From Patescibacteria group bacterium (lineage in GTDB: Bacteria; Patescibacteriota; UBA1384; XYA2-FULL-43-10): a stretch of 32,000 nucleotides of DNA. Under the pieces are notes generated by a model. The model saw only the letters and a list, made by a program, of their open reading frames with translations. It had not been told where the DNA came from and made no database searches. This document shows positions 1 to 8,400 of this stretch, piece by piece. Numbering within the stretch: the first letter of the stretch is position 1; every line of letters begins with the position of its first letter. The stretch spans positions 1-32,000 of the forward strand of contig JBAYVT010000003.1 in assembly GCA_041674405.1 (NCBI GenBank). The letters are read 5' to 3'. The position numbers were made by a program, and so were the translations under genes.

Positions 1-37
1 CGGCGGCGGGGGCTTATAGAAAGGAGTAGTGTAGAAA

Positions 38-838
38 GTGCTAGACTTCGTGCTAGAGTTGCTCACCTGTCTTCTCCTCGCCGGTTGCACCATCTTCGGC
101 ATTCTGTACCTGCGCCGATGGTGGAAAGACGGCGAGAGCGATCGCAGGCATGAAATGACAAAGGTCGCCCTCGGTCGGGGACACGTTGACCACGAGGCTG
201 GTCGAGATATGCGGGCCCACGCTCGTGCGAATCTCGGCTTCGCCGGCGTGCCTGATTCCGAAGCGGGAGACGTGCTACTTGGCGTCCCCTCCCTCAATCC
301 GGAGAAAGAAGGTTCGTGGGAGACAAATCAGCCAATCCTCACTACCTCGCGGATCATGCAACTGACCGAGGATGGCCCTGTTGACCTCGAGCTTCTGGAG
401 CTGATGGCCAATGGATACGTCCTCCTGGTCAAGGGCTCCAAGGTGTTCCTGCTCAAGCGCTACAACCTGACTGCCCGTCAGGAGCGCTACCTGCAGGAGC
501 AACGCCAGGACGCGGCGGACAGACACGATGGGGTTATTGAGGATTTCCTCGGCAAGCCATGGACCATCAAGATGGCGACCGGGGACACCTTCACTCCCGA
601 CGTGGGCCCTGCCCACAGCACCATCCAGGTGCTTTCGACTCATCCGCGGCTTGGTGAGGAAGGATTCCTGACCGTGCTGCCGCCCGAAGTGATGGACGGC
701 GAGCCGCACAACTACTACGACCTGGAAGCAGTGGCTGACGACGGAAACGTGCTCGTCGCCTTCTACTGCAAGGGCGGCTGGACCTGTATGATCGGGCGGC
801 TCTTGAAGCCCGAAGAGGTTCAAGAGATCCACAGCTAG
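38..838 (+). CDS. Hypothetical protein with one N-terminal transmembrane helix, GC-rich island 1
   Basis: Complete 266-aa ORF with GTG start and AAAGGAG upstream; N-terminal hydrophobic stretch FVLELLTCLLLAGCTIFGILYL followed by RRWWK; coding GC much higher than the rest of the window. Confidence 0.7.
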   Translation: MLDFVLELLTCLLLAGCTIFGILYLRRWWKDGESDRRHEMTKVALGRGHVDHEAGRDMRAHARANLGFAGVPDSEAGDVLLGVPSLNPEKEGSWETNQPILTTSRIMQLTEDGPVDLELLELMANGYVLLVKGSKVFLLKRYNLTARQERYLQEQRQDAADRHDGVIEDFLGKPWTIKMATGDTFTPDVGPAHSTIQVLSTHPRLGEEGFLTVLPPEVMDGEPHNYYDLEAVADDGNVLVAFYCKGGWTCMIGRLLKPEEVQEIHS

Positions 839-906
839 TCGGACAGGCAAGGGTGTTATGCCCGGCCAAAAGCCGTACAATCAAGACCGCGAGAGGAAGA
901 TCAGAC

Positions 907-1659
907 ATGACAGGAACGGAAGAACATGGCAGCCTCGGGGAAGCCTTTGCGAGCTTCTGCCGGGGGATCGTATCACTCCTCACTACCGGCTCATGGGTAG
1001 TCGAGGGCGCTGCCGACAATGCGCGGAGCACCGAGCTTCTGCGCGAGCGCATCCCGGAGGCGGCTGAGCAAGACGCGCAGCGGACCCTCCAGATCGTGGA
1101 CGAAGGCCTGACCAGCTTCGGACTCCTCAAGCAGAAGCTCGAGCGGGCCAAGCAGCAGAAGACAGACTGGGATAAGCGCGTCGAGACCGGCGTCTCGAAG
1201 TACAAGGCCTGCACCGACCCCGAGCAGAAAGCCAAGCTTGGCGATCTGGTCAAGCAGGCGCTTACCGAGCGCAAGAAGACCGAGACCCTCGTGAGCCAGC
1301 TACAGGCCGCCGTTGACGAGGCGGGTCCGGACGCCGAGGCTGCCCTCAAGGCCGCCGAGCAAGCCGGCCTGCGCCGCGAGGCCGCCCTGTCGCAGGTCGA
1401 GGTCCTGAGCATTCAGGATGCGTCGGCCAAAGCCAGGCACAACCTGGCGAGAGCCGCTCAGGGCGACGGCAACTCCCAGGCCACTGAGCTCCTCGCGGAG
1501 CTCGGGCGCAAGGTGCAGAGGCACCAGGCCGAGGCTTGTGCCGGCCAGCAGATCGCCGACGCGCTCCCGAAGAGCGCTGAGCAGATCGGGGCGGAACTCG
1601 ACGATGTGACGGCACATGACGACATCGAGGCCGAGTTCGCCGAACTGGTGGGGAACTAA
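907..1659 (+). CDS. PspA/IM30-like coiled-coil protein (GC-rich island 1)
   Basis: ORF opened upstream at 853, but ATG at 907 is preceded by GAGAGGAAG; long Ala/Glu/Gln/Lys-rich helical protein with PspA-like layout. Family is recognised only by architecture. Confidence 0.55.
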   Translation: MTGTEEHGSLGEAFASFCRGIVSLLTTGSWVVEGAADNARSTELLRERIPEAAEQDAQRTLQIVDEGLTSFGLLKQKLERAKQQKTDWDKRVETGVSKYKACTDPEQKAKLGDLVKQALTERKKTETLVSQLQAAVDEAGPDAEAALKAAEQAGLRREAALSQVEVLSIQDASAKARHNLARAAQGDGNSQATELLAELGRKVQRHQAEACAGQQIADALPKSAEQIGAELDDVTAHDDIEAEFAELVGN

Positions 1660-1686
1660 TCCGTGGTACAGCCGCGGATAAGCGTC

Positions 1687-1718
1687 GAAGAGGCCGCTGC
1701 AGTTGCAGCGGCCTCTTC
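1687..1718 (+). terminator. Strong stem-loop after the PspA-like gene
   Basis: GAAGAGGCCGCTGCA-GT-TGCAGCGGCCTCTTC, 15-bp perfect arms, lying 28 nt after the stop codon. Only a weak T tract follows. Confidence 0.7.
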
Positions 1719-1871
1719 TCATTGTCTAGGCAGGGAATCAGTTTCTACTGTTAGACTAATAATAATGACTACCGTATTATCAAGATTTTGCATCTGGTTT
1801 TTGTGCCTCTGGTAAAGGACGATAGTTTCAACTTTACTTTTTGCCATTTTAAGAGTAACTTTTGAAGTGCA

Positions 1872-2828
1872 ATGACTGAATTTTTGCACAAACCGGTTTT
1901 GCTAAATGAGGTATTGGAGGCGTTCGATTATCTAAAAGATAAGAAGAACGCCGTTTTTGTCGATGGAACTCTCGGGCTTGGCGGACACAGCATGGCTATT
2001 GCCGAAAAGTGGAAAATGGAAAGTGGAAAATGGAAAGTGGTAGCCATTGATAAAGACGAAGAAGCACTACGGATTGCCAAGCTACGGGCCAAGGACCACG
2101 GACTACAAACTAACTTTGTATTCATCCATGATGACTTTCATAATATCGATGGCATATTGGATAATTTAAAGATAAATAAAATCAATGGTATGCTGCTTGA
2201 TCTTGGCGTCTCGTCAATGCAATTAGACTACAAGGACAGGGGATTTTCATTTGAAAATCCAAATGCCCCACTTGATATGCGAATGGATTCATCACAAATT
2301 CAAAGTGCCAAAGATATTTTGAATAATTATTCGATTTCCGACCTTGAGGGTGTGCTCATCCGGGGCGAAGAAAAATATTTCAAATCGATTGCACGGAACA
2401 TCGCCGAAGTCCGCAAAGAAAAGCCATTTAGAACAATAGGGGACTTACTTGAAATTCTCAAAAAATCGATTCCAAAAAAAACAAATGGAAAAAATTTTGC
2501 TACCGATACCTTTCGGGCGCTCAGAATCGAAGTAAACGATGAGCTTGCCCCGCTCGAGAAAACAATCGAGGCGATAGTCCCCCACTTAAATTCCGGCGCA
2601 AGGCTTTCTGTCATTACCTTTCACTCTCTTGAGGATCGAATTGTAAAACAAACATTTAGAAAACTTGAAAATCCATGCACTTGCCCACCGGAATTCCCCT
2701 ATTGTACTTGCGGAAATAAACCCTCGGTAAAACTAGTAAGTAAAAAGGCAATCGAGCCGAATACTGATGAAATTGCGGGGAACCCACGCGCCCGTAGTGC
2801 AAAATTAAGAATCGTGGAGAAAATATGA
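1872..2828 (+). CDS. rsmH: 16S rRNA (cytosine(1402)-N(4))-methyltransferase RsmH/MraW
   Basis: HKPVLLNEVLEAF, DGTLGLGGHS, GMLLDLGVSSMQLD, GFSFENPNAPLDMRMD, SVITFHSLEDRIVKQTF. Confidence 0.96.
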   Translation: MTEFLHKPVLLNEVLEAFDYLKDKKNAVFVDGTLGLGGHSMAIAEKWKMESGKWKVVAIDKDEEALRIAKLRAKDHGLQTNFVFIHDDFHNIDGILDNLKINKINGMLLDLGVSSMQLDYKDRGFSFENPNAPLDMRMDSSQIQSAKDILNNYSISDLEGVLIRGEEKYFKSIARNIAEVRKEKPFRTIGDLLEILKKSIPKKTNGKNFATDTFRALRIEVNDELAPLEKTIEAIVPHLNSGARLSVITFHSLEDRIVKQTFRKLENPCTCPPEFPYCTCGNKPSVKLVSKKAIEPNTDEIAGNPRARSAKLRIVEKI

Positions 2829-3379
2829 AAAAACTTTTGTTACATTCTTGTTGTGGGCCATGCTTATCGTCGGTTTACAAAATGACCGAGGCTGATTTCG
2901 AGGTTACTCCATTTTGGTTTAACCCAAATATCGAGCCGGAACGTGAATTTGATTTGCGGCTAGAAACTTTCACTACTCTTTGCAAAAAATACAAAACAAA
3001 ACCAATTATCGAGGAAAGCGGTTTTCGAGAATGGCAGAATCAAATTCGGGGATTGGAAAGTTTGCCTGAGGGTGGCAAGCGGTGCAAAAAATGTATCAAA
3101 TTCCGCCTTACCGAAACGGCAAAAAAAGCGAAGGAATTAAATTTTGACATTTTTGGCACAACTCTTTCTGTTTCACCGCACAAAGATGCCGAGATGATAA
3201 ATCGGCTTGGAAAAGAAGTCGCTGATCGATATGAGGTCGAATTTCTCGAGGCAGATTTCAAGAAGAATGACGGATATGAAAAATCAATAGAACTTTCAAA
3301 AAAATACGATCTCTACAGGCAGAACTATTGCGGTTGCCGATACTCCGACAAAAATTTTGGCAACTTCAAGTCGAGCTAG
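2825..3379 (+). CDS. queH: Epoxyqueuosine reductase QueH (DUF208 family)
   Basis: LLLHSCCGPCLSSV N-terminus, F-W-FNPNIEP, GKRCKKCIKFRLTETAK, FGTTLSVSPHKD, CGCRYSDKN; start overlaps the rsmH stop. Confidence 0.93.
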   Translation: MKKLLLHSCCGPCLSSVYKMTEADFEVTPFWFNPNIEPEREFDLRLETFTTLCKKYKTKPIIEESGFREWQNQIRGLESLPEGGKRCKKCIKFRLTETAKKAKELNFDIFGTTLSVSPHKDAEMINRLGKEVADRYEVEFLEADFKKNDGYEKSIELSKKYDLYRQNYCGCRYSDKNFGNFKSS

Positions 3380-3428
3380 GGTTTGATCTTTTTGGTTTAT
3401 TTTAGATTCTTTTTATGATTTAATATGA

Positions 3429-3446
3429 ATTGTAGCCTTACGGCTA
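3429..3446. repeat. Short hairpin downstream of queH, possible terminator
   Basis: TGTAGCC-TTAC-GGCTACA followed by AAAATTTT. Confidence 0.5.
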
Positions 3447-3498
3447 CAAAATTTTGTAAGTTCACCTAAACCTTTCTTAGAGGCATGGTGAAAAAATC

Positions 3499-3603
3499 GT
3501 GTCTAGAGACCAGAGATGGTCATCTGTTCGGTACTCTAGACACGTCTATGCTCGAAAGGGCGTAGGGCAAGCCCGCAAGGTCTTGTCGCCGACAGGTGGC
3601 CAT
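3499..3603 (+). ncRNA. Structured RNA / cis-regulatory element candidate upstream of a zinc-ribbon ORF (class not recognised)
   Basis: 10-bp stem GTGTCTAGAG(3499-3508)/CTCTAGACAC(3534-3543); 8-bp stem CTATGCTC-GAAA-GGGCGTAG (3546-3565); third stem GGCAAG/CTTGTC (3566-3587, one G-U) around GCAA; GGCCAT (3598-3603) can pair with loop AUGGUC (3516-3521). Confidence 0.5.
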
Positions 3604-3631
3604 TTTTGTAATTAATTTGGAGGGAGATCGA

Positions 3632-3898
3632 ATGGGTGAAAAAGCTGAGGCAACAAAAGTGATTTGTGCTGATTGTGGAAAGATGGTTATTGAAATGAAT
3701 AATTCTGATGAATGTCTAAATCACTTTTGTCATACAAAAAATATTATTTATCCAGAAGGATATAGCAGCACAAGCACACCGGATTTCTTGGAATGTGATT
3801 GTGGAAATATTATTGGAATCCTTGCAGAAGATAAAAACAAAATTCCCGCATATTATTTGATCGCAGGTAGATATAAATTAGAAGTAAAAAGATATTAA
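3632..3898 (+). CDS. Small cysteine-rich (zinc-ribbon-like) protein
   Basis: ATG at 3632 preceded by GGAGGGAG; CADCGK, CLNHFCH and CDCG motifs. Confidence 0.7.
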   Translation: MGEKAEATKVICADCGKMVIEMNNSDECLNHFCHTKNIIYPEGYSSTSTPDFLECDCGNIIGILAEDKNKIPAYYLIAGRYKLEVKRY

Positions 3899-3911
3899 TT
3901 CTTCATAGCGA

Positions 3912-4000
3912 AAAACAAACTGATCAATTTATCTAGCCGCTTGGGCTAACTCGCAAACGTAACACTTTCTTCGCGACCACGGAAGAATTGTTACGTTTTT
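3912..4000. repeat. 89-bp dispersed hairpin element, copy A
   Basis: AAAACAAACTGATCAATTTATCTAGCCGCTTGGGCTAACTCGCAAACGTAACACTTTCTTCGCGACCACGG AAGAATTGTTACGTTTTT; matches 9253-9341 with one mismatch. Confidence 0.92.
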
Positions 4001-4075
4001 ATTTTGACTTTTATTGGAATCATATGCTAGTTTTGACTTGCGCCTTTTGGCGACAACAGATAAGGAGGGATTGCC

Positions 4076-5227
4076 CTGGCAAAAACAGACAAATATGCCG
4101 AGGACGGGGTGGACGTAGAACAAGGCGATCTGTTTAGCGCGTACGCAGGCAAGGTCTGCCATGCAAGCTTTCAGAACTCGCCTCTCATCGAGGTGTTGGA
4201 TCTCTCTGCGGGATACTTCCGCGGAGTTAGGTCCTTCCGGCCAGTCGGACTGCCGGCTGATTGGTCACTCGACTTCACTTCCGACGGCAACGGCACCAAG
4301 CCGATTGTTTCGGATGCGGCAATGAAGCACGAAGGGGCTGCCCATGACCTGGTAGCGATGTGCTGCGGCGACATCACCAGAAACGGCGGCTGTCCCGTAG
4401 TCTTCAACAACCAACTCGATGTCGCCACGCTTGGCAAGGAGGGCGACTCCATCAACATGGTATTCCGCAGCATGATCACAGAACTCGGCGAAGTAGCTAC
4501 GGCCATGAGGATCGTGTTGTTCCGTGGCGAAACCGCCGAACTCGGACCCTGTGTCGGAACAGACAACCCCAACCCGTTTGCTGCGTTCAACTGGTGTGGT
4601 GCGGCGCTTGGTGCCTATCTGCCACAACTGATGATCACTGGCAACAACGTGGCAGAGGGAGACCTGATCATGGCACTTCGGGAAAACGGATTCCGTGCCA
4701 ATGGCATCAGCTCGGTCCGAAAGGCATTTGCCATGCGGTACGGAACCGAATGGTTCGACCATCCCGTGGTGATCGACCAGGGATATCTTCAGCAAGCGGC
4801 AGAGCCGTCCGTGCTCTACGATCCGTTCTTCACTCACCTGAACGGGTGGTGGACCGGAAGCTTCGAACCCCTCATTCAGGTGAAGAAGATCATCCATGTC
4901 ACCGGAGGAGCCTTCGGAGGCAAGCTGGGCGACGACTTCCTGTTCCGTAGGGGAATGTCGGCTGACCTTCCCGATCTCTTCGACCCACCTGAGATCATGC
5001 TCCTCTGCAAGGAGTGGCGCGGCTCGTCAAGCACAGAGGCATACAAGGCCTGGAACGGCGGGCAGGGTGCACTGGCAATCATTAGCCCGTCCGACGCAGA
5101 GGACTTCCTGTCCAACGCCCAGGACTTCGGCCATGATGCCAAGATCTGTGGAGAGGTGACGAGGAGAGACACGCCGTCTATCACGATCACATCCAAGTTC
5201 GACGGAGAGGTCATCACCTATTCCTAA
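4076..5227 (+). CDS. PurM/AIR-synthase-family protein, divergent (GC-rich island 2)
   Basis: AHDLVAMCCGDI, GDLIMALRENGFRANGISSVRKAF, IIHVTGGAFGG and C-terminal GQGALAIISPSDAEDFLSNAQDFGHDAKICGEV match the PurM-like layout. CTG at 4076 follows AAGGAGGG (4062-4069) and gives (M)AKTDKYAEDGVDVEQGD; the ORF track starts at GTG 4109. Confidence 0.7.
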   Translation: MAKTDKYAEDGVDVEQGDLFSAYAGKVCHASFQNSPLIEVLDLSAGYFRGVRSFRPVGLPADWSLDFTSDGNGTKPIVSDAAMKHEGAAHDLVAMCCGDITRNGGCPVVFNNQLDVATLGKEGDSINMVFRSMITELGEVATAMRIVLFRGETAELGPCVGTDNPNPFAAFNWCGAALGAYLPQLMITGNNVAEGDLIMALRENGFRANGISSVRKAFAMRYGTEWFDHPVVIDQGYLQQAAEPSVLYDPFFTHLNGWWTGSFEPLIQVKKIIHVTGGAFGGKLGDDFLFRRGMSADLPDLFDPPEIMLLCKEWRGSSSTEAYKAWNGGQGALAIISPSDAEDFLSNAQDFGHDAKICGEVTRRDTPSITITSKFDGEVITYS

Positions 5228-5280
5228 CACCGCTTTGCTTCTGCCCAGAAAGGAGGCGAAACACCTCGGGTAGAAGCAAA

Positions 5281-5322
5281 TACCATAGCAATTAAAGAAA
5301 TTAATTATTAATTTCTGTGGTA
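5281..5322. repeat. AT-rich inverted repeat at the distal edge of GC island 2
   Basis: TACCA ... AGAAATTAAT-T-ATTAATTTCT .. TGGTA; 10-bp inner arms plus 5-bp outer arms. Confidence 0.6.
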
Positions 5323-5332
5323 TATGTTAGCA

Positions 5333-5374
5333 AACGTAACAATTCTTCCGCGGTCGTGGAAGAATTGTTACGTT
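5333..5374. repeat. Perfect 17-bp-arm palindrome, copy C of the hairpin element; possible terminator
   Basis: AACGTAACAATTCTTCC-GCGGTCGT-GGAAGAATTGTTACGTT followed by TTT; core shared with 3912-4000 and 9253-9341. Confidence 0.88.
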
Positions 5375-5471
5375 TTTACTGGTTGATGTTCTCTGTAAGG
5401 AATATTGTTGTGTTTTACCTTTTATGTTATTATTGTTGTGCTAATATTTTTGAAAATAAATAAGGAGGGGG

Positions 5472-8400
5472 ATGAAAGCATTAATTAAATTATCTGCCGC
5501 TATAGCGGCATTTTTGTTAATCCTTTTTGCACAGAGTTGCTCCGCATCAGATTGGCCAACACAAAATTCAAACAATCAAAACAACCCGCTCGCTTTTGAC
5601 ACGTTTCGTGAAGGAAATAATTCATATTCTATTAATCTTGGCACAATAACCACCGGCCCAACCAATGTAGTTGCAAATGGAATTATTTATTCCACAGCAG
5701 AGCCGGCCAGTAAAACCCTTTCAGCATACAGACTCTCGGATGGGCAAATAATTTGGCAAAAATCTTACAACACTTCAATATATAATATTGTGTATGATTC
5801 CAGAAACATTTATTTTGCTTCTGACGAGTTTTATTCTCTAGACGCAGAGACTGGCGATCAAAATTGGAAATCAAGTATTTGTGGCACAAAAATATGTAAA
5901 GTTCTCAGAATTGATGGAAATAATATATATGGTTATCGCACCACATCTATTCCCTCAGCTCAAATAATACTTTTGGACAAAATCAGTAGCAATTTAATTG
6001 CACAAAATACCACTGCATCCACCACAATGAATATCGACGTGGAAATTGACAATTCTTCTCTGTATTTGATGTCGCAATATTCCGGTGGCGCGATTACCAA
6101 TGTTTATAAGTTAAACAAATCAGATCTAACGCTCGAAAAACAATTGGATAATTGCCCTGTTCGCGCTTATGGAGGACTGCTTGATATAGAATACAGCAAA
6201 TTATATTTATCTGCTGATACGGTGTTGTGCACCTATGATTTAAACACCCTCACCTTAAACAAGAATTTATCAGCTGGAACTTTTGGTGCTTTTGTCAAAT
6301 ACGGAAATAATATATACGGAAAAGGATCTTACAGCGTCAGTTCCTTTGGGGCAAACGAGACCACACCATTGCCTAAATTTTTCCAAACTATCGGTATGAC
6401 TCCCTCATCCAATGCATTGGTAGTAAACGGAGTCTTATATTACGGCACAAACACCGGCAAAATTTGGGGTTACAATTTAGAAACCGGCCAACAAAAAACA
6501 TGGGATATAGAGGTGGGTTCAGCAATTAACAGCCTCAAATATTCCGATGGCCACTTTATAATTACAAGCCGCGTAAGCAACTTATACAAATTGTTTGTAG
6601 TTGATCTAAATAATTTATCACTCAGATTAACAAATTTTACTCTTAATATTAGCAGTCCCTATAATTTATCCGGCACGAATCAATACCTTGGCCAAATTCA
6701 TTGCCATTATATTCCCGATTTTGCCATATGGAATAAAATCTGGAACAGGGAGCCATCACCGGAATTTACTGCGAATGCTTACAAAGAAAAGGGTTATGAC
6801 TTTGTGGCTCTCACGGAGCATAACCAAGTTGTATCGATGCCAGTGACAGATGGAATTCTGCAGATTCAAAATTCAGAAGAGTCAACGCAAGGACTCGGGA
6901 AACACCACCTGCTAGCGCTAGGAATTAATGATCCAATTAATGATGAGTCGTCTGACCAAGACAGAATTAATCAGATAAATTCCCAGAACGGAATTGCAAT
7001 TCTGGCCCACCCCGACTCATGGGTGTACGGCGCTCTGTCTGCAACGATTGAAAAACTTTCGGGATTGAAATATTTGGAAACATATAGCCATGGTACAAAA
7101 CAATACATGCCCGATGCATTTGCTTTTGATGATTTTGACTACCTCTTATCGAAACGCAACAACAAGTTTCTCACCGCTGGAGATGATTATACACCAGGAG
7201 ATGGCTTTATCGATGGTGGGGCAATAGTCGTATTTGCCCAAAACAACAGTCAGTTGGAAATTATGAATAATATAAGAAATGGAAATTTTTATGCTCTTCA
7301 GGGCTCAGGCGCCCCGCGGATAAATAATATTTCCGCAGATAGCATATCCATGTCCATAAGTGTGAATGAGCCATCAACCATTACATTCATCGGTAAAAAT
7401 GGAAACAAATTAAAAAGCGAAAAAAATGCATCAAGCTCAATATATAGTTTTCAAGGGGATGAAATATATGTTCGAGCTGAGATAAAATCTGATAAAACCG
7501 GCAAATATGCATGGTCCCAGCCAATATATATTTCAGAAGATCAGCAAAGTATAACAATTGGAAGTGGATTACATACTACAACTCTCGAGAATATGATTTT
7601 AAACTCTAATTCAAATAATGCGATTTTTGCTAAAACCGTTGCAACCCAAGACACACCTTCAGCAACTCCGCCAACAGGTTATTTGAGTCCTATCTATCAG
7701 TTTACGACCGAGGGTCAGGTAAACCCTGGAACAATTCTTTCGATTAGTTACAAACATGAAAATCTACCTGTGAATCCCAAAAAATTATCAATTTATTCTT
7801 TTGACGAATTATCCAATTCTTGGAATCCAATCCCGAGTGTAGTGGACGAAGAAAATATGAGTGTCGCAGCAAATCTTGAACACTTTTCCTATTATACCCT
7901 TGGGGCAGATATCCCGGACGATATTGAACCCCCCTCTGTTAGCCTTGTCGAGCCAGTTGATCTTTCCAACATTTCCGGTGAAACATTACTGGTTGCAAAC
8001 GCGAGTGATAATGAGGCAGTGGTATCTGTAAAGTTTTATCTTGATCAAAAACTAATTGACACCGATCTTGACAGCAGAAACGGCTGGACCGCAAATCTAG
8101 ATTCAACCAATACTATTTCCGGAATTCACAAACTTACCATAACCGCAGAAGACCTGGCTGGTAACTTATCGAGCGAAAACTATGATGTTACTATCGCAAG
8201 CCACATCGCAGCTCCCACAATCTCCTTAAATTCTCCATCAGAGAATCAAAGACTTTTTGTGGATTCAGATATTCAGGGTAATTATTTGAGCAGCATCACA
8301 GTTGAACAAATTGGAATTTATCTGGACAATGTTTTTGTTAAAAATGCTAGCGTTGATAAAGAAAAATCAACCTTCCTTGAAAAAATGAATTGGTCACAAT

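Noticed and set aside
275-1722. Long antisense/alternate-frame ORFs in GC island 1 (275-880, 591-1412, 1300-1722, 1346-1615)
   Set aside because: Overlap the two better-supported plus-strand genes, low-complexity Ser/Arg-rich translations, no coding motifs.
3429-3446. Hairpin after queH as part of the structured RNA
   Set aside because: Separated by ~50 nt from the first strong stem and more simply explained as a weak terminator for rsmH-queH.
4171-4950. Several 139-210-aa ORFs overlapping the PurM-like gene
   Set aside because: They lie on the opposite strand or in an alternative frame of a GC-rich coding region and show no family motifs; expected by-products of few stop codons in GC-rich DNA.
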